Positions 24,935 through 39,144 of a stretch of DNA of 64,000 nt are shown piece after piece; the stretch's first letter is position 1, and each line of letters starts with the position of its first letter. The position numbers were made by a program, and so were the translations under genes. Source of the stretch: Eledone cirrhosa. Its lineage: Eukaryota. The notes beneath the pieces are model-generated. The model searched no databases. It was not told where the DNA came from and worked only from the letters and a program-made list of their open reading frames with translations. The stretch is taken from positions 244,280,001 to 244,344,000 of the forward strand of contig OZ024742.1 of NCBI GenBank assembly GCA_964016885.1, in the 5' to 3' direction.

Positions 24935-27900
24935 GGCCTGATCAGACATCTTTTCACTCGCTCCCGTAAGTCTCTTTATTTACCTGTCATAAATCATTGA
25001 TTGTAAATTTTTGTTGTCGTGTAAGGGATATAAGCCCTTTGACTTTGCCCTGTAAAAGGAGAAAGTATAATATTTGGGCCTTTTGGCCCAAATATTTGAA
25101 CTTTTTACATTTAAAAATTATCAAAAAAAAAACATGGCTGAGCCATGCCCCCCAGCGATATGTCTGCTGTCGTGTGACAATGGCGTAAAAGGAGGGTTAT
25201 GACGAACACAGAAATTGATACAAGAAACACCAACATAAACAACATGAACAAAGACAGCAATGACAACAACACTGAGAACACTAATTTTAAAAAAATAACC
25301 ACACCAACCACACCAGTAATGGCAACAACCAAAATACAGGCAACAGAAAAAATGACAACAAATGCAACAACGATATTAACACCTCAAACAAGAAAATAAA
25401 TAGTGACAACACCAACAACAACAATACAAATTGGACTGAGAACAACAACAATGGAAAACACAGCCAACTGCAACAGTGATAACAGCAACAACACCAACAA
25501 CACCATTTGTAGCAGTAACAACAGCAACAGCACCAACAACAAGACCAGCAGCAGCAGTAGCAATGGCAACAATGATGCCACTGAAAAAGGGACCATCTCC
25601 TTTGCAAAGGTGGCTCGCAGTCCTGGTCACAGAGGAGGAGATGTGATGGTCGCAAGACACATCGTAACCATGGCTAGTCGTGTCTGTTCTTGCGGGCATC
25701 GAGGATAGAACAACCATTCTGCAGGTACAGAAGTTGGGGAGAGAAGACTGGTCCGGTATTGGAATGGAGATGCTCATCGAAACCAACCATTCCCGATATA
25801 ATAGACCTCGGGAATGACTCCCAACTTCCCATATCTGTGGAAGGAAGGCGCCCAAAGTGCTTCAACTGTGGATCGAAGTCTCACCGCAGGGCCTTCTGCC
25901 CACAGAAAATAACAAAGGCGAAGGTCCCCCTCGTTCCAACGCCAGAAGAGCTGCCATCAGAAACAGAGCAGTCAGCAAAAAAATCAGGAGCTTCTACAGA
26001 GAGTAGGAGGACAACGTCCATGGCACCCACACCAAAACCATGGACAACACAAACAGTTGCTGCGGTAACTGCAGCAACAGAAACAGTTGCACTAGCTGCA
26101 CCCATGCCAAGAATGGCAGACCAGGCTCCACCACCAGCACCAATAACAACAACAACAACAAAGACAAATGAGAGGGTAGAACTCATACCCTCCCCGTCCT
26201 CTCACAGTCGGACATGGCGGGTATGAGGCGGCTGAGGAGTGGAAAAAGGTTGTCAATAAAAAAAACAAATGCAAAAACACCTCAGCTTCGCCCTCCAAAA
26301 GTGAAGGCAAAGAAAGAGAGGTAAAGGTTGCAAGGAGAGTTGCAGCAACACCACCACCATCACCATCACCATCACCACTACAAGCATCACCCCAACAACA
26401 ACCACACCACCACCAGCATCACCAAAAACACCAACATTGCAAACACAACAAAGCACACACACCCAACAGCAACAAGAAAACAGCAACAAAACCACCTCCC
26501 CCCACAAAAAAGTACACAGCCATAAACATGGCACACCAAGGATTAATGTAACATATAAAAGAACACACAGACATCACAGACTTAAATCACCACACCCCAC
26601 CAACACCAAGAACATTACCAAAGAATATTAATATTGTCGAAAATAAACTTGAAAATTACAAACATTGAAAACAAAAATTCTCCAACTGCGTTGGGGATTT
26701 CAGGGAGTGACTCTCCATAAGAATCTATACAGATACCATCTTCAAGACACCCATGACCAGCCGAAGGGACAGTCCTACTGGTAAGTGATCCTTTCTCACC
26801 CGTTTCCTCATCCAGCCGGCCGTACTTAGAATAGGCAGTATAAATGTACGTGGCCTGGGGTCATCTTGGAAGCAGGGTCACCTGCTGAACGACCTCAGGT
26901 CACTAAACATAGATATGGTGGCCATCAGCGAGACCAGAATCTCCGAAGCACAAGTCTTTGCACCGATCTTCGGCGGCTACAATGTATACGCATCTCCCAG
27001 TCGTCTGGGATTGGGGGGAGGAGTTGCTGTGCTTTTTCGGAGAGGCTTGGATCTCGCCATACTGGCTATCTTCCTGGACCTAGAAGTTGGTGGTGCTGGA
27101 CGTGACCGGCAGCGAAGGCATTGCTTTCAGGCTAGTAACCGTCTACGCCCCAACAGGAGCAGGACAGTCAGATTTCTTCAGACGTCTAGAGACCTTTCTT
27201 GGAACGTCCCGCTCTTTAGTGTTAGTGGCCGACTGGAATGGTATCTTAGATGCACGCTGGGATTATATGGGGTTAGTAGACAGGGCAGGAGGGTGTAAAA
27301 GCCTCAACGACCTGCTCAGACGTTTTGAACTGTCTGACAGGTATAGACTGGATTATCCGAATGTGCCAATGTGGATTTGGGCAAACCGCATCGGGCCATC
27401 CAGATCGTATTTAGATAGGGTATTCTGTAGGGAAACAGATAAGGCTAGTGTAGGTTGTCCACAATTTAAAGTAATCGACTACATGGACCACAAATTTGTG
27501 ATCTGTGAAGTTGACTTAGATAGACTCCATAGGCAAGAGGCCGGCTACTGGAAGCTGAACGCATCGTTCCCGGTGCGCAAAGCTTACAGAGACCAGGTGC
27601 AATCATCAATAACAGGTGGTGGTTTACCCTGAAAATGGCTATTAGAGTAGAATCGCTAAGGTTTAGCAAAGGAGTAGTGATAGAGGAAAATAGAGTAGGG
27701 AGAGCTAATTAGAAAGCTAGAAGAGGTGTCTAAGACAGGCATCGCAACCGATGTGCTTGCGGTGAGATTGGCACTCGACCAATTCTTCAAAGCATGAAGG
27801 ATGCGTTGTCAGAGCTAGAGCGCATGCTCTAAGACACGAGGGGTCGAAAGCCATTCAATGGGCCCGGGTGGTGGAGGCACGACATGGCAACAATTCCACA

Positions 27901-28765
27901 ATTCAGTCTTTGTCTGATCAAAACAGGCGCATGTTGCTTAAACCCGAGCAGATGTGTGCGGCTTTTCAACAGCACTTTGCTCAATTGTTCGGGAGCGGCG
28001 GCAGGTCGGATCGGAGTATGGACTGCTGCAAAAAGCCAATAACAGCATGTGAAATACAGGAAGCGATGCCTGACTGCACGAGGCGTAAATCGCCAGGTTT
28101 GGATGGTCTGCCCTACAAGCTTTATGCGTTCATGCCAGACTTGTTCAGCGACCTCTTGGCAGATGTCTACTGCAACTGGCAGCAGAACGGGAGCATTCCC
28201 AGTTTTGTGAGCTGGGGAGTGGTGGCACTGCTGAGAAAAGACCCGAACAAGGGGGACGTTATAGACAGCTTCAGGCCCATAACTCTGCTAAACGCAGAGT
28301 TCAAGATTTTGGCCAAGGTGTTAGCAAAGAGATTGGCGCTTGTCATCGGTGATCTGGTGGGAGAGGAGCAGACATGCGCCATTCCGGACAGATCCATCCA
28401 CAACAACCTCTATCTCATGTGATATATCATAGAGAGGGTGGTTAAGGAACCTGGCACGGGTGGGGCCCTGATCAACTTGGATCAATCTAAAGCATCTGAT
28501 AGGGTCGACCATCAGTACCTGGCTGTGGTCCTCAAGGCGGCTGTGGTCAGGGTGGCCGTGGTCTTTTGTGTGGTTTTCGCCACAAATGACCTTCGGAGGA
28601 TTCCCCCTTTTTCGGGAATTTTTGTTGTTTAAATTTTTGGGATTTGTTTTTACACATTTCTATCTTCTTGTTATAAACCTTTTTTCACGACCAAAACCCA
28701 CTTTGTATCGTCCTGTACCATTCTGTGCCGTCTGTAATGTTAGCCCTTACGGCCAATAAAGAAAC

Positions 28766-28766
<1 letters not shown>
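24935..28766 (+). mobile_element. Tx1/L1-clade LINE with ORF1 (CCHC knuckle) and ORF2 (APE, partial RT), internally deleted
   Basis: CFNCGSKSHRRAFC. EN motifs LRIGSINVRGL, MVAISETR, VTVYAP, LVADWNGIL, SYLDRVF and MDHK, followed by GYWKLN. RT motifs KSPGLDGLP, FRPITLLNAEFKILAKVLAKRL and DQSKASDRVDH, after which the sequence jumps to a 3' UTR ending AATAAAGAAACC. (ATT)n lies on both sides. Confidence 0.9.
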
Positions 28767-28799
<33 letters not shown>

Positions 28800-28802
28800 T
28801 TT

Positions 28803-28980
28803 TGGCAATATCGATAGAGGGTTGGACGCCATGCTTTCCAGCATAGTTACGTCCCTTTACGGTCTGAGTTCAAATCCCGTTGAGGTTAACTTTGCCTTTC
28901 ATCCTTATGAGATCGATAAAATAAAGTACCAGTAATGCACTGGGTAATTTCTGGCCTTGTGCAAAAAGTAGAAACAATTA
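28803..28980 (+). mobile_element. Deu/Nin-like SINE
   Basis: Same head, core and end as 13991-14211. Confidence 0.82.
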
Positions 28981-29079
28981 TTATTTATTATTATTATTAT
29001 TATTATTGTTATTTTTATTTTCTTTCATTATTGTTTCTGAGATATATGCCGTGTTATCGACATCTTTAGTAAATAATAA

Positions 29080-29268
29080 TTGTTTCTAACATAGATACAA
29101 GGCCAACAATTATACTTACCACAGTCTGGTACTTTACTTTATCGATCTCAGAAGGATGAAAGACAAAGTTAACCGTGGTAGGATTTGAAACCAGAACAAA
29201 CAGGGCCATAATGAAATACTGCAATGTATTTTATCTGATGTCCAAATGATTCTGCCAACCTACTGCCC
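29080..29268 (-). mobile_element. Deu/Nin-like SINE (diverged)
   Basis: CTGGTACTTTACTTTATCGATCTCAGAAGGATGAAAGACAAAGTTAACC...TCTGCCAACCTACTGCCC. Confidence 0.72.
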
Positions 29269-30207
29269 TCCTTCTTTTACACATCTGTTACCGGTGCCAC
29301 AATGAAGTTCCTCCTCCAGCTCACCCTGTCCAGCATTACCGTCAGAAATTTCTTTGCCTCTAATCTGGTGTTATCTTCAAGAACATCCTTCAGTGTGATG
29401 GTTGGTTTTTCAACTCATCTGCATACATCTGGTTTCCAGAAAAGAACTCTGTCAGCAGGTTGATTGTGGTGACATTTGACATCTCCAGCTAACATGAGCC
29501 TCCCTCACCTTATGATGTCAAAAAGGTGAGGGTGTGAACCCTAGAGTGATTTATTTGCTATGTGTTTTCCTCTGGACCTTTCTCAACATTCATATGAATG
29601 TGTCCTATTACAGTTAACTATTGTGGTTTCTAATATAAATACAAAATTTGGGGGATAAGCTTGTTGATTAAATCAACCCTAATATTTGAAGGTACTTTTG
29701 TTGACTGGAAGTAAAAAAGACAAATTTGACTTGCACCCAATTTGAACCCCAAAAGTAAAAAGCTATAATTAAATAATACAAGGCATTTTGTCCAACATTC
29801 TACCAATTCTGTCAACCCACCAGTCTTTCACATTTAATATTAATGATGTTTCAAATTTATCATTCTCCAATATTTATCAATGCTATTATTCTTGAATTGC
29901 TAGATTGTCCTTTATGCAACAGTCTGGCTTAGTAACTGATTTCATTTAATATGTATTATGTATATAAAGACTTGCAGCTTCGTGATTTTGTTGCATCATT
30001 GCAGTAAAATAGTTGACAGACTCTGAGATACAGTATTGATTTCTTAGTTAGGCACAAGGCCACTGAATCAGAAAATAAAGAGGAAATAAAATGCGGTGAC
30101 TGTTGTACCTTTTCCAATGGTATAAGTGGTGGATCAATTGATCGACATGATCCTAGACCTTATTCGCTTACTGAGTGGGGTTGAACTAATCAAATGAGAC
30201 TAAGTAA

Positions 30208-30597
30208 ACAATGTTTTCATTGGTCTTTCCCTTGCTGATATTATCTCCAGCCACAAATCCTGGCAGAAAGAGTAACATGAAATAAAGTGTCTTGCTCAAG
30301 GACACAATGTTTTCATTGGTCTTTCCATTGCTGATATTATCTCCAGCCACAACTCCTGACAGAAAGAGTAACATGAAATAAAGTGTCTTGCTCAAGGACA
30401 CAATGTTTTCATTGGTCTTTCCATTGCTGATATTATCTCCAGTTACAACTCCTGGCAGAAAGAGTAACATGAAATAAAGTGTCTTGCTCAAGGACACAAT
30501 GTTTTCATTGATCTTTCCATTACTGATATTATCTCCAGCCACAACTCCTGGCAGAAAGAGTAACATGAAATAAAGTGTCTTGATCAAGGACACAATG
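30208..30597. repeat. 96-bp tandem repeat, 4 copies, containing a CORE-SINE segment
   Basis: Period 96 (30208 to 30304). Each unit contains CATGAAATAAAGTGTCTTGCTCAAGGACAC, and the last unit runs into the SINE head at 30598-30670. Confidence 0.9.
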
Positions 30598-30961
30598 CAT
30601 CACCCAGTCCGAGAATCAAACTTGAACCTTATGATTGGGAATCCAATTCTTTAAACACTAAGCCACCTGCTTACTGATGTAGGGGAAGTGAAATATCTTT
30701 GTCTTAGAATCATAGCCACTCACAAGCCTCGTTTACTTGTTGCTTTGTTGCTTGCATTGAATGATACCAAAATGAAGAAAAAATAACTACAAATAATAGA
30801 TGTAGTCATGGCTGTGTGATTATGGAGTTCACTACACAGTCATGTGGCTCTGAGTTCAGTCCCACGGCATAGCATCTTAGTCTGACCAATGCCTTTGTGA
30901 GATTTGAGGAAATCATGTGTCATTGTTTATGTATTTGTCTGTGTCTATCTCTCATAATTAG

Positions 30962-31200
30962 CATCATCATCATTCTCATAGCGACCACAGTAAAATATTC
31001 CTGACAAAGTCTCTCCACAATTCACGATTGTCCATTGCTCCTGGCAACTGCTCTCTACTGAGATTTGTATCATCTGAGAGTTCATCAATGATTGTTCGAG
31101 CAGGTCTTCCTCTACTGCATTTCCTGAGAGTTGGTTCCCATAACAGTAGCTTGTGTATAATTCCCTTCTCCAGCAATGTCCTACAAATCGTAACCGTCTT
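30962..31200 (-). mobile_element. RTE-like LINE 3' fragment
   Basis: KLLLWEPTLRKCSRGRPART...AMDNRELWRDFV, followed by an (ATG)n tail on the minus strand. Confidence 0.7.
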
Positions 31201-31960
31201 TGAGTTTATGTTTTGTACAACCCTAAGAATTTTAATCCAATTTCTTCTCAAGTGCTTGTGTCAGAGTCCATCTACTTCATCCATACAACACTGGCTCAAG
31301 AGATGTTCTGAAGAATGTTATTTTGATTTTTCTGGGTAGATCTGATTTCTATATCCTTTCCATTTTATTCATTGCAACAAGCTTGACAAAATATATTTTT
31401 GGCTGTGCTTATTTCCCATAAACATATTTTGTCAAGCCTGGAAATGATATAGAAATCAGACAATCCCAGGCTTGACAAAATATATGCTGGGATTGCTATG
31501 ATCCATGAAAATCTGGATAAGGTGTTGCCCCAATATAATGACTGAAACCTGTAATAGAATAACAGAAAAACCAAGATAAATAAAAATATGAAGGATATGA
31601 TTTAAGCATCAGGATAATAAAAAAAAAGAATCCCTTGAGCAATCAGTGATTAGGATTTCTTCAGTTATTCTCCAAATCTAACTTATATTGAGTTATTCAA
31701 GTATTTTTTAAAGAAAAATTGTAACCTATTAAATATAAGGTATGCAGTTTACAAAGGTTTTTACAAAGGGAACTAAGTATGAAACCTGCAAAAATGTGAA
31801 CCCTTGAAAAAAATAATGTGTTCGTGTGTGTAACAGATGTTAAATGATGTGTATGCATATATATGTATATATATATAAATATATATATATATACGTGTGA
31901 TACTAATAAGACTTTGTATTTTGCATCTCTGTGTTTGTCTTGTCATTTCTTGAAAAGAAA

Positions 31961-32023
<63 letters not shown>

Positions 32024-32812
32024 TTGTCTTTTATACTTATTGGAAAAAATAAGAATGAACTGTCTTTTAGCATGAAATTCAATATAGTATTTATTTATCT
32101 GTTTTTTTTTCCAGTAAAAACTGAACCAGTTAAAAACACATCATATTAAACATATTATCAAAAATATATTCCCCTGGAACATCATCTATCATTAGTCAAT
32201 CAAAGAAAACCCAGATTTTTTTTTTTTACATTGGCTCTCAATTACACTTCTTCACACATTAGATTCTGAAAACAGAACCAGTGAGAGCATACAATTATGT
32301 TACACCTATTTTATTCATTTTACTTACCATTTATAACCAAGCTTTTTAGTTGTTGCTTTGGGGGGGGGGGGGGGGGGGATTTTTTTTTGTGTGTTTTATT
32401 TCGCTTTTTAAGTGCAAAGAAGCTTTTAAAGAAAATAAAAATATTTGATTGATCGCAAAATCAGTCACAAATACTCTCAAAGGAGTTTGGCTAATGCATA
32501 AGCTCAGAATTCTTTTAAAGCAGTAAAAGTAAGTTTATACGGTTTATATGTTGTCATCAGAAATATGTTGATGTCGTCGCTACTTATGTGTAGGTAGATT
32601 ATTAAAACTGGTTATTTTTAACATAAGTTTTACTATTTTTAACTTTTAAGCAAAATATCCTATATTCCTTCATATTGATTTGTGTAGATGGGAATAAAAG
32701 TAATATACATTTGTTTGGGACTGTGTAATACTCACATATGTCCACACTCAAACATTATCACATAAACATATACATACATATAATTTATTGGTGTATATAA
32801 ACCGAAAATTGT

Positions 32813-32859
<47 letters not shown>

Positions 32860-33001
32860 GTGTATATGAACAAGTTTTTGTTTGTGCGTGTATGTGTCGG
32901 GGTGTGTGTGGGGTGTGTGTGTGGGGGGAGGGGGGGGTTTATTCATGTATTATTTCTTCAGTTCGGTGCTAGATGTCTTTTAATTTTAAATACATGTTTA
33001 C

Positions 33002-33041
33002 TTACATACATACATACATGCTTACATACATACATACATGC

Positions 33042-33072
<31 letters not shown>

Positions 33073-33387
33073 CATACATACATACATACATACATACATA
33101 CATACATACATGTAAAATAGATTTGAGTAAGAACACTTTTGTGTGTATCTGTATGAATATATGTGCATGTATGTAAAGTAAGACAGACACACATCTTCAT
33201 TGCCAGAAAATATTTAAAAAATAACTAAAATACAATGTACAAACTAGATACTACTTAAATATATATATTTTAGATGTACTTTATATGTAAAAATCCCAGT
33301 TTGCAAATAATTGTTTTACGCACACATACTCATATACATGCACACACGCATACACACATGTACATCTAAACATACACACATATACAT

Positions 33388-33442
<55 letters not shown>

Positions 33443-33537
33443 ATGTATGTATATATGTATATATATATATGTATATATGTGTATATATATGTATATATAT
33501 ACATATATCTATGTATATATATATATGTATATATATG

Positions 33538-33595
<58 letters not shown>

Positions 33596-33717
33596 TATAT
33601 ATATATATATACATATATATGTGTATGTATATATATATATATATGTATATATATATACATATATATATTTATGTATGTATATATACATACATAAATATAT
33701 ATATGTATGTATGTATA

Positions 33718-33759
<42 letters not shown>

Positions 33760-33855
33760 CCCTATAAGAAAGACACCATTTAAAGATTCTTTGCATTTGA
33801 AAATCTGACAGATTTATGAGATGCATTGTATGTGTATTCATATATACATTGCTGA

Positions 33856-33942
<87 letters not shown>
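33002..33942. repeat. Compound microsatellite tract: (TACA)n, (TA)n, (CA)n
   Basis: Direct inspection. Confidence 0.95.
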
Positions 33943-33946
<4 letters not shown>

Positions 33947-34144
33947 TATATAGATGAATATACTTGTATATATGTGTGTGAATGTGGATAAGCATACATT
34001 GGCTTATATTGCAAAGCTATATGCATCTTTATTCAGATACATATACTGACACAATTGGATATATGCAAGCATATACATATCTATGCATGTGTCAAGTATG
34101 TGTATGAGCATGTGCCTGATTGATGGTTAGAGAGGTAGATCATC

Positions 34145-34460
34145 TTTCTTGATTTGCCACAGGGGCGTATAAAAATGGGACATTACAAGACGTGACGGCG
34201 GGGGTTTTACATAGAATCTTTAACAATGATAAATAACAATAAACTATATAAAAATAAAACAATTGAAATCCCCATTAGGGTGTGTGTGTGTGTGGGGGGG
34301 TAACGCTACTGCGGAGGTTGTATTACACCCCATGGATAGAACAACCCTCAACACCAGGAACACGTTTTGTAGGTGTTCCCGTCATCCCTCTATTTATCTT
34401 CCTCAACCTACAGGTTTATATACAGAGAAGGCCCATTCACCCGCGCCATTTTCACCACAT
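34145..34460 (-). mobile_element. Tx1/L1-type LINE 3' end
   Basis: The minus-strand frame ends ...VVKMARVNGPSLYINL*, followed by a UTR ending GCCCCTGTGGCAAATCAAGAAAG, similar to the end of 24935-28766. It abuts (GATA)n. Confidence 0.6.
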
Positions 34461-34562
34461 GATAGGTAGATAGATAGATAGACAGACAGACAAATAGATA
34501 GATAGATAGATAGGTAAGTAGATAGATAGATTGATAGACAGGCAGAGAGATAGATAGATATA

Positions 34563-34722
34563 TTTCTTTATTAGCCACAAGGGCGCACAAGAAAAGGGCA
34601 CAATACAAGGACATGCTGGGGATTTTACATGCAGTCGTGTAAAAAATATAAAAAGAAACAATTGCAACAATTGAAATCCCCAATAGGGGGGAGGCACCAC
34701 AAATGGGTTGTTTAATACCCCA
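34563..34722 (-). mobile_element. Tx1/L1-type LINE 3' UTR tip within (AGAT)n
   Basis: The minus strand ends GCGCCCTTGTGGCTAATAAAGAAA. It shares ACAATTGAAATCCCCA with the previous fragment and has (GATA)n on both sides. Confidence 0.62.
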
Positions 34723-34929
34723 TCGATAGATAGATAGATAGATAGATATATAGATAGACAGATAGATAGATATGTGGCTATGTAGATATCTATTTATACA
34801 GCCCAAGAATGTATGTATCCATGTAAATGTCAACCTGTATATGAATTTGTAGATATACATAAGTACTGGTACACACAAATGCTCAAGTATGTCTCCATGT
34901 GTGTGTACCAACTAGGAAAACGGACGTTA

Positions 34930-34962
34930 AATGATGATGATGATGATGGTATATATATATAC

Positions 34963-35006
<44 letters not shown>

Positions 35007-35143
35007 CATCATCATCATCATCATACATACACACACAAACATATATATATATATATATATATATGCATATATATATATATATATATATGCATATATATAT
35101 ATGCATATATATATACATATATAAATATGTATATACATATTTA

Positions 35144-35233
<90 letters not shown>

Positions 35234-35341
35234 ACCCATGCTAGCGTGGAAAACGGACGTTAAACGAAGATGATGATGATGATGATGATGATGATGATAT
35301 ATATATACATATATACATACATATATATATATATACATATA

Positions 35342-35394
<53 letters not shown>

Positions 35395-35530
35395 ATATAT
35401 ACACACATACATACATACATGTATATACATATATGCATATATATATATATTTATATATATATATATATACATACAGACACATCTATGTATGTGTATATGA
35501 AAACAAATAAATGTATATATGGGTGTATGT
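34930..35530. repeat. (TA)n/(ATG)n low-complexity tract with SINE/RTE tail tips
   Basis: AACGGACGTTAAA followed by (TGA)n near 34920 and 35252. Confidence 0.85.
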
Positions 35531-36865
35531 AAATTTGTATTTTATGTATGAGTTTTACAGCGTAGACATTACATGGTTGTCACTAGTACTAGATTCTTCA
35601 ATGCAAAGGTAAAATGAAATGATAATCTCATTACATATTGATTTCTTTGCTCTAAAAATGCACACATTTTGAAAATTTTCAATGACTAACTTTTATGTTT
35701 TTGTTATTATTTTATCTTTTTTTCTATGGTTTCTGTTTTCATTTATTTGTTTATTGGTTTTCTATTTTATTCCTCCCATCTCTTTCATTTTGTATAAATG
35801 TGCAAGCATCTTGAAGCCATTTTAAAAAAAAAAAAAAAGCAACATTGATTCTGTAATCATTAGAATATGACAGTTTTTGTTTGTCTGTTTGCTTGTCTGT
35901 TTCTCTCAGTGTATTAATATTAATATGACATCAGAGATGTGTTTTTGATGGTGGTATCATGGATCTTTCACTATCTCAATAAATACAGGAGAAAAAATAA
36001 AGAAATTAAAGAAATATATACATAAATATAAATATAATTATCTATTTAAAAAAAAAAAAACTGATATGACCACAAAAATAATTAATTAATCATCCTAATT
36101 TGTTTGTTTGTGTGAAACGAATAAGAAACTGTATTTCACATCTGTATAGGTTTTTAAAAAAAATTATTTTAAGTGAAAAAGAAATATAATCTTAAATCAC
36201 TACAAAGAGATGATATAAGATAGGCAAATTGCTTCGACTTCTCGGAAAGAATATAATTTCAATAAAAAATGGAGGAAACATTGATTTATTACAAGCAATT
36301 GTCTAATAGCTATGGATTCTACTAAACAAACATGACATCATACTTATCATCCTTCTTACTTCCACCTCCTCCTTCTCTCAGAACATGTCACACTTAGGAT
36401 AAGTCTTCATCTCCCCTGTAAGGTTGAGAGGGCTCTTCAGTCAAGTCAATGACTGATAACCTCTCTAGTGCTGGTGCAACAATAAAATACACTCAATACA
36501 CCCTGTAATGTGGTTAGCATTAAGAAGGGCATCCAATCATAGAAAACATGCCAAACAAGGTTTAGAGGACTCTTCAGTTGTCTCACTGGTATGACAATCT
36601 CCCCAGTGTTGGTAACTTGATTAAGTGCAGCCAATACACTCTGTAATGAAGTTGGTACTAAGAAGAGCATCCAACTATAGAAAACTTGCTAAACTTGAGA
36701 GAACTCCAGTTTCTTAAAAACATATCAATCTTCCTAGTGCCATGTGTAGAAGTGTATGTAGGTGAGATGTGGCCCCTAGATCATCTGAGAGATCAATGAC
36801 TCTGATTAAGTACAGACTTGATCTGTGATAATCCATCCAATCCTTCCCACCAGGGAAATTGATTG

Positions 36866-37275
36866 TTTCTACAAGGCCAGCAATTTGAAGGGAAGGAGAT
36901 AAACAATTAACCCTTTAGCATTTAAACCAGAATTTTTTTACCTGTTTCTGTTCAAACCGGCTGTAATTGGCCACTCATACTTACAACAAGGTATTATCCT
37001 CAAAGTAGATAATATCAACTGTCCAGCGATTCTCTCCTAAGACATTCTAAACATGAAATAAAGTCTTTACCATGAAAATATAATACTATATATAGAGTAA
37101 TGTAAATGCTAAAGGGTTAAATCAATCCCAGTGAATTACTGGTATTTTATTTTATGGATCTCGTAAGATTGAAAGGCAAAGTTAAGCTCGGCGGGATTTG
37201 AACTCGGAATGTAAAGGAACATAACTATATGCTGCAAAGCATGCTGTTTCATGTTCTACTGATACTGCCAATCCT
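36866..37275 (-). mobile_element. Deu/Nin-like SINE interrupted by a MITE
   Basis: The SINE halves flank 36911-37116. A second partial copy follows at about 37300-37445. Confidence 0.75.
36911..37116. mobile_element. piggyBac-like MITE, copy 3
   Basis: TTAA at 36907-36910 and 37117-37120, with CCCTTTAGCATTTA...TAAATGCTAAAGGG termini. Confidence 0.92.
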
Positions 37276-39144
37276 CAGACCTTAGCAGGGAAAATAATGG
37301 TTTCTGATTTAGGCACAAGGCCATCAATTTTGGGGGAGATGAAGGTCAATTGAATCAACCCCAGTGTTTTATTGGTACTTTATTTTATCGACCCTTTATG
37401 AATGAAAGCAAAACTAAGCTCGATGGGATTTGAACTCAGGACTTAAAGTGATGATATGTATATATGTATGCATCATCATAATCATCATTTTATGCCTGCT
37501 TTTCCCACTGGGTCTTCATGGTCTGAATTTGTTCTTATCCAGAGTTACTGCTCATTTAGACAATTTTGGAGATCATATCCCACTTATATGTTCCTTTTTG
37601 GTTTGGTCATTTTGGCTGGATGCCTTTCCTAACAAAAATCCTATTATAAATCTTACTGGGTGCATTTTATCATGGTGCCAGCATTGAAGAAGTTTAAATT
37701 TCCTTGGCATAACTTAAGTGTTCTCTCTACATTGCATTGTGCCATTCATCCACCAACCACTGTACTGGATGCATTTTATTGTGGAACCAGTATTAGAGAG
37801 GTTGTCATGTCCTCAGCAGTTCTAAAGAATATTGGCTACTCTATGTTGTCCCTGTTCATTCAAAGCAAGCATGGCCAAGAGAGTGAATAGAAAAAGGTTT
37901 ATGAATATGAGTCTGGTGGGGAGATAAAGCATGTGCATGGTCAAAGAATAAGAAAAGAAGGACAGTGATATGAAGCCACATGTTATAAGAAAACAGGGTA
38001 ATGAGAACTGGAAGTAGAAGAGAGTGATATCTATCCCCTGGAATACTACTTCCATGTTTGAGACATTGCTACAGAAACTTCTTTATACAGAAATTTCTTA
38101 GACCAAAATGTCATCTGACTGATTAGCAAAGACTCATTCATCAACACACTACAACCTCTCATCCAGAGATAAGCTGTCTTCTTACCCTGTCTTTTCTATC
38201 ATTACTTAAATAGCCTCTGTTCCTTTGCAATAGCTGTATACCACCTCTACTTAGGCCCACCTGACACATTCATACCTCTGTTTCACCACCTCTTGGCACC
38301 CTTACAATACCCCTTTCACAGTTCTATATCATCAACTTTTCTCAATCTGTCCTCTCCAGAATCTCATTCACATGGACTTACATTTTCATCCATATTTTTT
38401 TCCTGTAGATGTTGAAACATGTTCACAGTGAATATGAATCATATAAATCTCACCAATCTAGTAAGACCTGTAAATGTCATGGACAGATGGTCTTCCTCTT
38501 CACTAAACCTATAAAAAAAATTCTCTCCAAGCAGACTTTCACTTCTGTAAATATTATAAACCTAAGTACTGTAACCAGGTGAATTAATTATGACAGTCTA
38601 TCTACAAAAGATCTTTAAGAAATGAATTACTATTACAAGACTAAAGCCATGAAAGCACGCAAGTGAAACACATACATAAAGACATTTACATATACAAACC
38701 CATACATAAATAACTGTACAATCCACAAATCTTGACCTTCCATTGTGGTATCTTTATTCTACATCTTGGTCTTGATGGAAAATGAAGATATTGTATTTTG
38801 TGATCGTTTTTGAATATCTTTATTTAGTATAAAACTTAATGAGAGTGTTTACTTATTGATCTGATAGTGTGATGTCATATTAGACTAATAATTTAGCATA
38901 GAACTTTAATGTTTTATATCTGCTCTAGTGTGGATATGAAAGATTGCTTGACACATTTTTTTTTCCATTTTTTTTATATTCTTTGGTTTATATATTGTAG
39001 AGTTGCAGGTGCTGTCTTCTGAAGAAATGTTTTGACAGATTATTTTGTAAGTATTATATTGAATAAATATGCACTGATGCCAGTATAATTTGAGAGATGT
39101 TACAATCTGTTAAATTGGTTTTCGTATTTTTATAGAACTGTAAT

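Noticed and set aside
30186-30593. 135-aa ORF with 32-aa hydrophobic repeats
   Set aside because: It arises from the 96-bp SINE-derived tandem repeat.
32788-35532. Many [12 protein letters not shown] ORFs
   Set aside because: They are translations of dinucleotide and tetranucleotide microsatellites.
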